The notes below the pieces were generated by a model. That model had not been told where the DNA came from, searched no databases, and saw only the letters and a program-made list of their open reading frames with translations. Below are positions 1-12,105 of a stretch of DNA of 64,000 nt, in pieces. Both the position numbers and the translations under genes were made by a program. Each line of letters starts with the position of its first letter. Within the stretch, counting starts at the first letter, position 1. The DNA comes from Octopus bimaculoides (taxonomy: Eukaryota), in contig NC_068982.1 of the NCBI RefSeq assembly GCF_001194135.2, positions 109,007,040 to 109,071,039 on the forward strand. The letters are read 5' to 3'.

Positions 1-45
<45 letters not shown>
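1..45. repeat. (TA)n microsatellite
   Basis: Uninterrupted TA dinucleotide run at the window start. Confidence 0.98.
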
Positions 46-47
<2 letters not shown>

Positions 48-989
48 TCACACTGGAATGTAGTTATTTCTTAAAGAATACTTACTAAATATAAACTAGA
101 AAGAGAAAAATACAGTTAATGCTGTCGGAGTACGATAATGTGACTGATGTGGAAAAGAGAGGTTTCGTTGCCTGCTCATTTGCGTTGACACTGCCGTCAT
201 TTGATTTCGTGGGAATCACCAAAACTCGCTCATTCTTTCTGTCTAGCATATTACATATCCTGACTACAAACAATATTGTGAACACGTTTCTCTTGTCCCT
301 CAACATTTACGTTTTCCTATTACACATCCTATTTTTATGTCACCCCAACCCAATTCACTTTTCTAATGTAATTTGGGCGCGGTCCTTAACGATTTTATCG
401 TCTCATATGCATCCATCTCTCTTCTCTATCTTTTTGTTTCCATCACTTTTCTTTTTTTCTCTCTCCCTGTACGTTTATATATTTTCTAGCTTTCACTTTT
501 TCCCTTCCCATTTTCTTTCTCCATTTTTTCTTCAGTCGAAACTTTACCTTTAACTATTTACTGTCTTATTTCAAAATAAAATATTTTGAAATCAATATCT
601 TTGACACTAAATACTGACCTTTCCACAAATCTGACGTAGTTCATACTTAATTGTGACTGGTGATTCTCGCAAATATACTTTATCCGTTTTTTTTTTATTT
701 GCAATTCTCTTTATTGTCATGTGTAAACATTATTCATCATCTAACATCGTCTAAAAGTTTATAATGGGATGTCTGTGATACATCCAGCCATACATTTATT
801 TTTTATTTGGTTTGCAAGATTTTTGATGTGAAATCGTGTGTTTTTGTATCTTGGGAAGGTCATTATGCCAATAATAAACGGACACGATCAGTCGTGTGTT
901 TATTATTGATATTGAATTGGCCAAAAAGTCCGTTCAGTTTTTGTCGACACTAATCTTCAAGCATTCTCTTAAAAGTAGCTAGCTTCAGT

Positions 990-2560
990 CTATCCCCCGC
1001 GCATGTGATGCAAACTTGCAGAAAGATGTGCCTCACAAACAGAGCTCACATATGTTCTCCATCCAGAAATTGTTGTAGGTGGTGCAACCTGAGCATATGT
1101 CAGTGTATCAGAAGCCATGCAGAGGGTGCTGGCAGCATACTGACCACCTATCCATTGGAACCCATCCCTTCCACAAGAAAATGAGGATACTCCATCCTGA
1201 TCAAGCAATAATTGGGGCAGGGCATGCTGGTCAGGTGATAAATGAGGATGGAGGCAATGTAGGCATTTCCACCTCTGCCCAACCTTTCAGGGATAGCATT
1301 CTCTCTTCTCATTTCTGGGTAAGACTGGTCACCTTGATCATCACCTTGCTTCAGTCCTTATCCATCTGGAGGTCTGGAGTGAACCAGACCCTCTGCAGTT
1401 TAGCTGGTCTGTCAGTCCAGTGTCCAATGACACCATCTGATGGCTTTGACCTGCCTCTCCAGATGCCCAGTTGCAAGCTCACTGACTTGTTAGTGCTGAT
1501 TTTGGACCCTGTAACTAGCTCCTATTTCTTTAGAATGGTGCCAACCATCCCCACTTCAGGGGCATTATGACAATGGCATCTCCTGCATACACTAATACTG
1601 CTCTCTTATGTCCCAGTTTGAAAGGGATGCTTCAACTGTTCCATCTTCCACAGCAGTGGTTTGAGGGCCAGGATGTTCAGAAGAGACAATAGTAGGCAAC
1701 CTTGACAGACTGAGCGTGCAATGCAAAACAGTTCCTATAGGTGGCCATTTACTTCGATCACTGAACAGGTGCCACTGTGCATTGCAGCTTTTTGGTGCAA
1801 TTTCAACTTCTCTCGGAGCCTTTGCTTTTGCGAGTCCTGAGTCAGAGGAAAGAGGCAGATGTAAGTGTTGTGTTTTCTCCACCATGGGGCAAAAGGCTTT
1901 GAGGTGGTGAGTATTCTCACACTTGAAACATTTGGGTTTTTTCTCTCTATAAACACCAGCTTCAGTTTGTATTCCTGGAACAGTAAAAATTGGGAATGTA
2001 ATTTATTTCTTTTGGGAAAACTAGTTTCTGGAATTCCATAAAAATTCTAGTCCTGCTGAGTTGTGGGGTGGGCTTCACCTCTCTAATCTCCCTGTGCTCC
2101 TCCAGAATAGCTAAAACTCTTGCTAAGTCTTGAGCAATTGGCATGTTCTTGACTCAAATTCGAGTTAACCTTTTACCCCATATAATGGGGAATTGTTATG
2201 AAGATCTGAGATGTGCAAGTAATTGTTGCCATTCTTCTGACATTTTGCTCACTGTTGCATATGTCAGCTACTGTCCTGTATTGTTTTCCTTTATATATGT
2301 GTAGCACTGAGGGGCCACACATCTTGGAGGCATTTTTCTGTTTCTGTTGGAATAGGAAACAAATTCCCTCTCCTTGTGAGAAATGCATTTATACACAATG
2401 GTTTTTTGTTCACAGTTAGTTTTTTGTCCTCACTAAGGGACATAACACCTGGTTTTACAATATCAATTTTGTACTGGAGGGCTTTAGCATTCAGATCTCA
2501 CACTGGATGCACAGTTCCTGGCTTACTGCCCTAAAAAAAGATGGAGTTGTTCTAGTTTTT
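990..2560 (-). mobile_element. Degraded retroelement Gag/ORF1-like remnant with CCHC zinc knuckle
   Basis: Minus strand 1930-1889 translates CFKCENTHHLKAFC (exact CX2CX4HX4C), in frame with track ORF 1592-1885. Upstream fragment MPIAQDLARVLAILEEHREIREVK resembles ORF1 RRM-type regions. GC-richer than flanks; many stops and frameshifts. Confidence 0.55.
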
Positions 2561-2703
2561 TTTTAACGTTTTTTTTTTGTTGTTGCTTTCCACACAGCTT
2601 TTGTTGTTATTACTTGTTTTCCATCTTGTTCACGTTGTTGCTGATACTGTTGCTGTTACTGTCATTGCTGCTAGTATTTTTGCAGGTGTTGCTGTTGTCA
2701 TGT

Positions 2704-3040
2704 GAAGGCGAATGGCTCAGTGGCTAGAGCGTCGTGCTTACGGTTGTGAAATTGTGAGTTCAAATCCCGGACTGGGCTGCATGTTGGGTTCTTGAGCAAG
2801 ACACTTTATTTCACGTTGCTCCAGTTCACTCAGCTGTAGAAATGAGTTGCAATGTCACAGGTGCCAAGCTGTATTGGCCTTTGCCTTTCCCTTGGATAAC
2901 ACTGGTGGTGTGGAGAGGGGAGGCCAGTATGCATGGGTGACTGCTGGTCTTCCATAAACAACAACCTTGCCTGGACTTGTGCCTGGAAGGGTAACTTTCT
3001 AGGTGTAATCCCATGGTCAGTCATGACTGAAGGGGGTCTC
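2704..3040 (+). mobile_element. tRNA-derived SINE (family A)
   Basis: A-box-like TGGCTCAGTGG, B-box-like GAGTTCAAATCC, then CORE-like TTCTTGAGCAAGACACTTTATTTCACGTTGCTCCAG shared with the copy at 20.5 kb. Confidence 0.85.
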
Positions 3041-3461
3041 AGCTGCTGTCATTGCAACAAGACAAAATTCCATTGCTTTGAGTTGATAAATTTAACTCTA
3101 GCTTCCCTGCCATTAACATAATGTTCAGTGGGGCCATGGCTACATTGGGAGTCAAAAGTGGGTTGACAGAATGCTGTCCACATTTGATCATTATTATTTT
3201 TCATATTCTGACATTTTTTTAAAATTGGGAAAATATATGAAATCTTTGTTTTCATAAAAATGCAAAGTAGATATACCACTGAGTTACACCTCTGAAAAGG
3301 GCATGTAACAGAAATGTTACCACTATGATCCAGACAATGTCAGCAAAATAATTATTACAAAATAATTGAATGAATGGGCTTTAACCAGCTGAAACAATTG
3401 ACTAAACTCTTAAAACTTTCCATGACTTCCCAGTATAGCAGCAATAATGATAGTAATCCTT

Positions 3462-3672
3462 TCTACTATAGACACAAAGCCTGAAATTTTTTGTGGGAGG
3501 AGGGGTTAAATTGATTACATCAACCCCAGTTCTTGACTGATACTTTTTTCATTGACATCAAAAGGATGAAAGGCAAAGTTGACCTCAGCAGAATTTGAGC
3601 TCAGAATGTAGAGATGGATGAAATACCAATAAGCATCTTGTCCAACATGTTAACAATTCTACCAGCTCACCA
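3462..3672 (+). mobile_element. Interspersed repeat family D (SINE-like), CpG-decayed copy
   Basis: Shares GGCACAAGGCC...GATTACAT...CCCCAGT...GGATGAAAGGCAAAGT...GAATTTGA motifs with copies at 4.5, 5.4, 10.2, 46.2-46.6 and 61.4-61.9 kb. Confidence 0.75.
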
Positions 3673-3776
3673 ATAATAACAGCAACAGTAATAACAATAG
3701 CATTTTTAGATGTCTATAACATTTTTTCTTCCTAAAACACAATGATTTTTAACCTTTGTATCACTATAAACCGTAG

Positions 3777-3816
3777 GGAATCTGTTTAAAAAACATCAAA
3801 TTGTGCATTATTTTAG
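3777..3816 (+). other. Candidate 40-nt internal exon of an unidentified + strand transcript
   Basis: ccgtag|GGAATC acceptor and strong TTTTAG|gtaagt donor; two frames are open. Confidence 0.3.
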
Positions 3817-4524
3817 GTAAGTAACAAAAAGAAAAAAAAAATCTGCTTGTTAAATAACCAACTAACCAATGAATGTCTTCAGCAGAATTTTCTGTAGCTT
3901 GTTCTTAGATCAATTATTCAGTTTTGGTGTATTTTGAATCCTACAGTCTTGGAGTCTTTGTGCCAATGCATACTTCCTTATCCCTGGTGATTAAAAAATT
4001 AATTTTAAAAATGTTTCCTGAAGGTCCTGTACTAGATTCCTGAGCCATTTTACCAATTTACATAACATCAATAGTGACTTGCTATTTTACTTCAGAATTG
4101 ACTGTTTGACATAAAACTCACATGGCTGTAAAACAGCAATTCAGCTATATTTCTAAATAATTGAATTTTCATATCTTTCCAATTCATATTAGAAGAGTGA
4201 ATATAAAATTGAATTACATTTGAATATATTACTTCTGAATATGGTTGAAGAATTAATGAAGGCTATTTTTTTTTTTACTCTTGTCCATTACTGAAAACTG
4301 TGACATGTATGACTAGTAAATTTAAGTGTTTTACTACTACTACTACTGCTGCTGCTGCTGCCACCACCATATAAATTCGATAAAGTTATTACTGCAATAT
4401 TAAATTATTGACAATCTGTTCTATATTTTAAATACTTGAAAAATGCCAAAGATAATTTTTGAATTGATCCATTTACATATTTTCTACCTTTTTGTGGTTT
4501 AAGATGAACTCACTAAATATGGAT

Positions 4525-4715
4525 TTCAAATTTTGGCACAAAGCCAGCAATCACATTGAACCCAATGCTCAACTGGTCCTTATTTTATTAACCCCCCCAA
4601 AAATGAAAGGCAAAGTCAACCTCAGCAGAATTTGAACTCTGAACATAAAGATGGATGAAATGCTGCTAAGCGTTTTGCCCCGCATGCTAATGATTCTGCC
4701 AGCTTGCTGCCTTCA
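4525..4715 (+). mobile_element. Repeat family D copy
   Basis: AATGAAAGGCAAAGTCAACCTCAGCAGAATTTGAACTC...GCTAAGCGTTTTGCCC matches the other D copies. Confidence 0.75.
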
Positions 4716-4857
4716 TCCCACTAAATGTTGAAGTTTCTCCTTTTGAGTTTTCAAAGAGGATGCTTGCTGTTGAGGACTTCAGTTTGGAAACCAAATTGCC
4801 AATTTTTTGATAATAAAAATGCTAACATAATTTTATCTAATATATACTGATTTATTT

Positions 4858-5240
4858 AGGAGTGGCTGTGTGGTAAGTAGCTTGCTTACTGACCACATGG
4901 TTTCGGGTTCAGTCCCATTGCAGGGCACCTTGGGCAAGCATTTTCTACTATAGTCACAGGCTGACCAAAGCCTTGTGAATGGATTTGGTAGATGGAAACT
5001 GAAAGAAGCCCGTCATATATATATATATATATATATGTTTGTGTGTCCTCCCCCACCATTGCTTGACAACCGATGTTGGTGTGTTTATGTCCCCGTAACT
5101 TAGCGGTTCAGCAAAAGAGACAGATAGAATAAGTACTAAGCTTACAAAAAATAAATCCTGGGGTCAATTTGTTTGACTAAAGTTGGTGCTCCAGCATGGC
5201 CACAGTCAAATGACTGAAACAAATAAAAGAATAAAAGAAT
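4858..5240 (+). mobile_element. tRNA/CORE-type SINE family B (octopus OR-like), full length with internal (TA)n
   Basis: Head GGAGTGGCTGTGTGGTAAGTAGCTTGCT...GGTTCAGTCCC, CORE-like CACCTTGGGCAAG, internal TA run and 3' AAAAGAAT repeats. Near-identical layout at 52.9 kb and in reverse at 25.6, 33.9 and 36.2 kb. Confidence 0.9.
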
Positions 5241-5399
5241 ATTGTACTATTCCATGATAGAAAGATCAACAAAAAAAGTACGCTATCTGGTGAGAGATAA
5301 ATATTATTTATATATGTATTGATCTCTAGGACTCACAAAGCTTGTTACCTGGTTTTCATGGTATATATAAGTGACCATAAAAGCGATGCCAGTCCATTG

Positions 5400-5592
5400 C
5401 AGAGTTCAAAGCCTGCAATTTTGAGGGGAGAGTGCAAATCAATTACATTGACCCTAGTACTTGACTGGTATTTTATTTTATCAACCCTGAAGGGATGAAA
5501 AGCAAAGTTGAACTTGAAACAAAAAGAGCAAGAAGAAATACTGTTAAGCATTTTGTCTGGTGTGCTGACAATTCTGCCAGTTTGCCACCTTA
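5400..5592 (+). mobile_element. Repeat family D copy
   Basis: ATTACATTGACCCTAGTACTTGACTGGT...GGATGAAAAGCAAAGTTGA motif. Confidence 0.7.
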
Positions 5593-7485
5593 TACTAACT
5601 TATAACATAAACATATTAAAGATGGGTTGATATTCAACTGCTTGAACAAGTTTCTAATTGATTTGTGTAGTCATATTTTATGAGTGGTCACTGTGAAAAA
5701 AATTGCTTCAAAAACACATTTAAATTTGATATATCTTCTATTCCAGCAAGTGAAAAATTAATTTATGAAAATAGAAAATAAATGCATCTTTTCTATAATT
5801 AGTAAATAAAATTGCAGTGACTGAAATGGTAATTATTTAATCCATGTTAAGATGTTTTCTTCAAAGAAGTGTAAAGCAGATGCATCACTCTTAGGACACA
5901 GTGCATCAGTAGTGCAAGAAACACCACTTTATGCTATTTCATTGGTCAGTTCCAAATCTCATTTCTGCTTTGCATTTATATATCAATTACATCAAAAATT
6001 TTTGATAAGACTGAATCAGAATATTTTCCAAACATCTTCACATATGTGGTATACTGTACTGGAAATGTTGGGTCTATTAAAGATCTTTTTTTCACTATGT
6101 AACATAGGGAAATAAATTATAATTCTACTTATCCTTGCTTGTCTATATAGAAGTAGAAATTGCCTTCAGCTTGAAAAAAAAAAAAAAAAAAAAAAAAACT
6201 GGTGTAAGCTTTATCACACATCAGTTCTCTGGTAAAGTTGATGGGTGAGAGGTTGTAAATCAGAGGTATAGCTCTTATATCACTTGTGTAGTTCTTAAAC
6301 CACTCAACTAACTCTTCTCATTCATATTACAATTGTGATTATTCTCTTTTATCTTAGTCAAGTAGTATTTTGTGTTACTTTTCTTTGTTGTCATTTTCAA
6401 ATGTTAAGCACTTAATATCACAAAATTCCTTCATGAAAGAATTAAGCATTTTTCTAGGTTTCTATGTATTTGGAAATGTTTTGGAATATGAAAGATAATA
6501 AATAGAAACTATTTTGTTAAGTAACCTACAATGGATAAATACCTACCTCCTCATCATTGCACTCCTGAAGGACTTTGACTTGTACTTATTCAAAGTCAGA
6601 GAGTGATTTTTGTTGAATTTTCTTGGCTTCTGGCAAGATTGAGAAAAATTTACAGAAAATAAATTATGTATTGACTCCTCTATTTATAGCAATAGACATT
6701 ATCATTTTATGGCACTTCAGCTTGGTAAATTACCATGGAATGATCAAGTTTATCACTGTAAGCTATTTTTATTTCCAGATACATGATTGTATATAATTAT
6801 ATCGTATATAATTATATATTAGTGATCGTATATAATTTTTGATCATTTAACCATGAAGTTGGTATCTTATTCATTCATTCAGCTATGACTTCTATAATAT
6901 CAAACCACATAAGTGATTTGATTGTTGGAATATATAGAGGGAAGAAGATGGCAACTTTAGTTTTTCATCAGTGTGTGAGTCCTTGATAAATGTATGTCAA
7001 CTTCAATGACTGGGTCTTTGTACACAGTTCTGGTGTGATTCATTGCTATGGAGTTGTTGGCTGTAGTGTTGAATTCAATTCTTTATCTTTAAAAGTCAAC
7101 TGTGACACAAAGATTTATTTTATTTGCTTAATGCTATGGAAACAAGGAATAAGACCAGCTTTATGGATCCTTGTGATTAGAAAAATAAAGAAAGGTAAAA
7201 GAATGAAAGCTAGCCATTTGGTTGGCATGTTATTGAATGACCAAAATTTGTGATTATCACCACAGATAGAGAAAAGTGGAAAATATTCCATATATGAATG
7301 CTGGATACAAATCAAAACCTTCCTTAGCTTCTGTTGATGATTCGTAAATAGCAATATATGCATTTAAAATATTAATTTAATTTATATAAAAATCTATTGC
7401 TGATTTCAGTAATTTTCCTTGAAGCAACATGTATAACATCTTTCTACTTTTAGGGGATACATAGACTCTGATTTATTTCTTTCAG

Positions 7486-7538
7486 CAACAAACAAACCAT
7501 CAAACAATGCAAATTCAGAAAAGAAAAGGGAACTTTAA
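7486..7538 (+). other. Candidate terminal coding exon (ATNKPSNNANSEKKREL* in phase 1; an alternative frame ends in a hydrophobic tail)
   Basis: Strong acceptor atttatttctttcag|; followed by about 2 kb of SINE-free AT-rich sequence resembling a 3' UTR. Frame is ambiguous. Confidence 0.25.
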
Positions 7539-8289
7539 TCAGATGTATTCTGGGGTTTCATATCATATATGTAGCTTTGATATTCTATTTATAGAAAACT
7601 AGTAACAAGACATTATTTAAAACAAAGAATTTCTCTTGACAGCAAATTTATGTTGTCTATTCTTTATCTGACTGTAGTTTTTGTATAAATCAATATCATC
7701 CAATAAGTATCAATATTTAAGGACAGCTGCAAATTTTGTTTTACTGTTTTTTGCCTTCATAAATTTCTTTGTGTAATTGGTTTCTAGTTTTCATTTGTTA
7801 TCAGTTAATACTAAAATTAGAGACAAGGCAATCTACTTATCTAACTCAAGCCATTATAGGGAAAACAGTAGTTCAAACATCAACACTTCTATGTTGTATA
7901 TTTGTGGAAGAATAATTTATCATCTTTTGTTGAAAGATTTGGTATGACACATTTCTGGAATTTCTGAATGTTCATAATCCTTTACTGCATTTAAAGAAAC
8001 GTTTGGTGTAATTTATGGAATTTCTCATTTTTAATTTATTGCTAATTTAAACAATGGATTATAAGTAAAGCTGGCAATTTGCAATTCTTCTTGATTGCTT
8101 GTACACACACCAAAGAACATGAGCAAAAGATGGATTTTTTTTAGAAACCTGTTTTGTTTTTGTTGTTAGATATTGTCAATGATTAAAGATGTTCAAACAT
8201 GACAATTTCTCTTATGGTCCTGTCTCATTGTCATGTATCATTTCTGGAAGAATGATAAAGCCTGTTAACTATGACTAAGTCACTAAATT

Positions 8290-8530
8290 TAACCCTGACT
8301 AACATAACAAATAAGTAACATTAACCTAGCTACCATAACAAATAAGTAACATTAACCTAACTACCATAACAAATAAGTAACATTAATCTAACTACCATAA
8401 CAAATAAGTAACATTAACCTAACTAACATAACAAATAAGTAACATTAACCTAACTAACATAGCAAATATGTAGCATTAACCTAACTAACATAGCAAATAT
8501 GTAGCATTAACCTAAGTAACATTGACCTAA
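8290..8530. repeat. 31-bp minisatellite, about 7 copies
   Basis: Unit ATAACAAATAAGTAACATTAACCTAACTA(C/A)C starts at 8304, 8335, 8366, 8397, 8428, 8459 and 8490. Confidence 0.95.
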
Positions 8531-10224
8531 AATGGAAAGAATGATTTGATAGGGAGTGAGCTATGCAGACAGATAAGTTGACGTGTTCATTTTTATTTTT
8601 ATACTGGTTGTAGCTGTAAAGGTGAAAATTGCAACCAATAAAAAGTTCCTTTCATTTGATGCTTAAACCATCAAGTGTTCTTGTGTCTGGATTTTTCTTA
8701 GCTTCTGCTTTGGGAGGAAAATAACCTTCCACTAAAGAGACCATCCACTGTTTTTGTAGTGTGTCTGTGTGAACTATCGAAACAAGTGTCTTCTTTGTAA
8801 ATCTAATACTTACATTTATTTTACTCATCTCTTTACCCTAACCAATTAACACAACACTCAGTTAAAGTAGGGGTATATATGGGAAGCCATGGATACTGAT
8901 TCTTTTGCTCAATAAAACAATCCTAAAACAGTATGGCAATACTCGTGTTATTTTTATGTTCCTACATGTCTATGCATGCAGATGTGTGAAAATATTTGTG
9001 TATATAAAATGATAGTGTTGTTGCTACTATTACAATGAGCAGGTTTTGATCTCATAAGAAAATGTACATTTAAGCCCCAAGTTTTCATTCCAGCTGTCAA
9101 TGTTAGATTTAAATTTACCATAAAGGTCTTGTTATTTAAGCTTTTGTTTTGTCTATTGTTTTTAATCACATTCTTTTCAAACCCTAAAATAGTTAAACGA
9201 GTTCAGAAAATTGAGATTTTCTGATAGTCAATGAAATCTCAGTTAGCTAGTAACTAGAATTAGGAGTTATTTATTTGTTATTTAATATATTTTTAGTGAT
9301 GAGAATTTTCAAACCTTAATTATGGTATCCTTTATTATTACTTCAATTGTACAAACATTAGTGATACTGTAATATATTTTGTTTCAACTAATGTTTCACA
9401 AAGTAGAAATTTGTTAATCTTTTGTTTTATATTTTGAATTGTAGCATTGCTCTAGACTTAGAGTGGCAACTTATTTAATTCTTATGTTAATACTTTATTA
9501 TTACTTTTTGTTTGTAAATAAACCTTTCTTGCTCACATGAATTTTGTATTTAACGTCTTTAGTTCATGTTGTGATTGCTGTAGCTGGTTGAAATAGGTTA
9601 ATGCAGTAATTTGATTTCAACTATTTCATTTTATTTTGCCTTGTATTACATAAAATGAAGGTGCCACGTTTGTGTTGTTTTTGCTCAAAACACAATAATG
9701 CCTCATGTTTAACCTGAAAATATGGAAAGATATTTTGCTGTAAAGAAGGTAAAAAAGGTAAAAAAGGATGGAGTGGGGAATTCAGGGCACATGCAGAATT
9801 TGAATTTGGAAACCAATTCAATAATGCTAATAATATAGGGAAAATTGCCTGAATAGAAAAACTCAGTATGTTTAAATAGCTTTTTATTTTATTTTGTTAA
9901 TTTCTCTTAAAATACCTAGATAACATGGTTGTTAGCAAGGCCCAAGTTAACATCAATTAAACATGGATGCCCTATTTATTTATTTATTCTTTTAGGAATA
10001 TTGTATCTTTTTTTCATTTGAAGGTTGTGTGATTTGAAGGAGATTAAATTAGGCTATTATTTCTAACTGGTCAAATGAACTTGTTGAGGTTCATTTAGGT
10101 AGCAGTGGTAAAAATGAAGTTGTATTTGTGAGAGCCACTTACTAGATTTAATTGATTATTCCAATAAGTTTTTTACCTCAAATTTCAGTCAAAAAAGTAG
10201 AAAAGCAGTTTGTTTACTCGCATT

Positions 10225-10430
10225 CATTTCTGACTTAGGCACAAGGTCTTAAATTTAGAGGATGAATACAATTGACCCTAATACAGATGGTACATTATTT
10301 TATTGACTCCAGAAGAATGAAAGGCTAAGTTGGTCTCAGTAAGATTTGAATTCAGAATGTAAAATGTCATAACTAAATACCAAAAGGTATTTTGTTTAAT
10401 GAGCAAATGATTTTGCTGATCTACTGCTCT
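10225..10430 (+). mobile_element. Repeat family D copy (old)
   Basis: GGCACAAGGTC...GAATGAAAGGCTAAGTTGGTCTCAG...GAATTCAGAATGTAAA. Confidence 0.6.
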
Positions 10431-10837
10431 TCTTACTCATATTAGTATCATGATGTTGTTATGAAGCCCAGTTAGCAATACATTTCATATCACTTACATT
10501 GCTGATCCTTAGGAATGACATGCCTGTTATGACTTTTAGTTGCTCTTCATCTAAAAAAAATGCAACTTCATGCCCAGTTAAAAAAAAAAAATTTGGAGAA
10601 ACAAATGTTTAGTGGTTGGTATGCCACAAAATGATGATAACCCCACCCCTTCGATTTTGTCTCGGTCAAGCTAATTCTAGCATACAGTTTACCATGATGT
10701 CTCTTGTATAGTCTGCAATGAAATAGTTTACTTCAAATATATATTTCCTAACAGAAAATAAGGGCTTTATAGGTGTGAAACCAATGATCACTCTATAACT
10801 GGGTATAACTTTATATTATATATATATATATATATAT

Positions 10838-11252
10838 GCCATGTAAATGACACCTGCGCATCGTAGTTGTGGTCATCAGGAATTGTCGTCATTGGTGGTG
10901 CCATGTAAATCACATCCATGAGTCGTAGTCATTGTTGGTGCCATGCAAATGGCACCCATGAATCATAATCATGGTTGTTGTCAGTTCCATGTAAATGACA
11001 CCCATGCATCATAGTCATGGTCATTGCCAGTGGCATGTAAATGGCACCCATGCCAGTGGCATGTAAAAGCACCCATTACACACCTGATGTGGGTGGCATT
11101 AGGAAGGGCATCCTGCTATAGAAACCTTGCCAAATCAGGTTAGAACCTGGTGCAGCTCTCTGGCTCACCAGCTCCAGTCAAACTGTCTAACCTATGCCAA
11201 CAGGGAGAGCGGACGTTAAATGATGGTGTTGATGATGATGATGATATATATA
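10838..11252 (+). mobile_element. RTE-LINE 3' UTR-type fragment (family C) with internal tandem repeats and (GAT)n tail
   Basis: About 6 degenerate copies of GCCATGTAAATG(A/G)CACCCATG, then GGCATTAGGAAGGGCATCC...CGGACGTTAAATGATG(GAT)n. Confidence 0.8.
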
Positions 11253-11258
11253 TATATG

Positions 11259-11410
11259 CATCATCATCATGTCCAATTTTTCATGCTAACATGTGTTACA
11301 AAAATGAGCTTCAACAACATCTCTCCACTTGTTTCTCATCATTTCCTTTGTAAGACTTAGCATCTTGAGATCAGCCTATATACCCTTTTAGATTAGCCAT
11401 TTTCTCAGTA
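11259..11410 (-). mobile_element. RTE LINE 3' end, tail-to-tail with the previous element
   Basis: Minus strand encodes ADLKMLSLTKEMMRNKWRDVV (RTE ORF2 C-terminus-like) and ends in (GAT)n. Confidence 0.6.
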
Positions 11411-11803
11411 TTTTTCCTCTATTGCTATTGTAAATTTCCGTTTACAATGATATTCTATATTACAATCAAAGTGTTTACATCAGTCTATGTATATAGTGTT
11501 GGCTGAAAATCTGTAGGTACATATTCTGTAGTACAGTATAACAGTATAACATGAACAGATCTTCTACAACTTTTGTGGTCAACTGACCATAGAGTAATGA
11601 ATTCACATTTTACTGCACCCATTGTGTTATATGTTTCTGGGCAAGGAAAGGCTTTGCCTATTTCAGTTCCATTCTGGCATCACAGTTAGTAGTTAGTGAG
11701 TGATCACAATAGGAAATATAATATTCATTATTTGAAAATCATTTGTCTCTTGTAAAGCATTATAATCTGTCGTCTCCCTCCAGTCTGTCTGTCTGCCTGT
11801 CTA

Positions 11804-12019
11804 TGAGAGGGTGCTGAAAAGTTCCTGACTTTAAGGGTATTGTGAAAGGCCTGGCTGGAGGCCCAACCTTGCAAATTCTTTTACAGGGCTTAGAGAAATT
11901 GAAGAACCATTGCAATAAGTGTGTGAATCTGAAAGGGGAATATGTTAAATAAAATCATAATTCACTGATCCTCCTGTATTTTCTTTCACCAAAAGCCAGG
12001 AGCTTTTCAGTACACCTTC

Positions 12020-12021
<2 letters not shown>
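11804..12021 (+). mobile_element. Mariner-derived MITE
   Basis: TIRs GAGGGTGCTGAAAAGTTCCTG / CCAGGAGCTTTTCAGTACACC; TA on the left; internal LQGLEKLKNHCNKCVNLKGEYVK* matches a mariner transposase C-terminus. Confidence 0.85.

Positions 12022-12103
<82 letters not shown>
12021..12103. repeat. (TG)n(TA)n microsatellite; a second long (TA)n lies at 13363-13432
   Basis: Direct observation; the two runs flank the Tc1 element. Confidence 0.97.

Positions 12104-12105
<2 letters not shown>

Noticed and set aside
119-553. 144-aa + strand ORF
   Set aside because: Second half is a C/T-rich low-complexity tract giving F/L/S runs; no domain or supporting splice structure.
869-908. Hairpin CAATAATAAAC-GG-ACACGA-TCAG-TCGTGT-GTTTATTATTG
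   Set aside because: A real inverted repeat, but short, AT-rich and without miRNA or Helitron context; probably part of a repeat remnant.
8290-8530. CRISPR-like interpretation of the 31-bp repeat
   Set aside because: No unique spacers, no cas genes, and a eukaryotic context; it is a tandem minisatellite.
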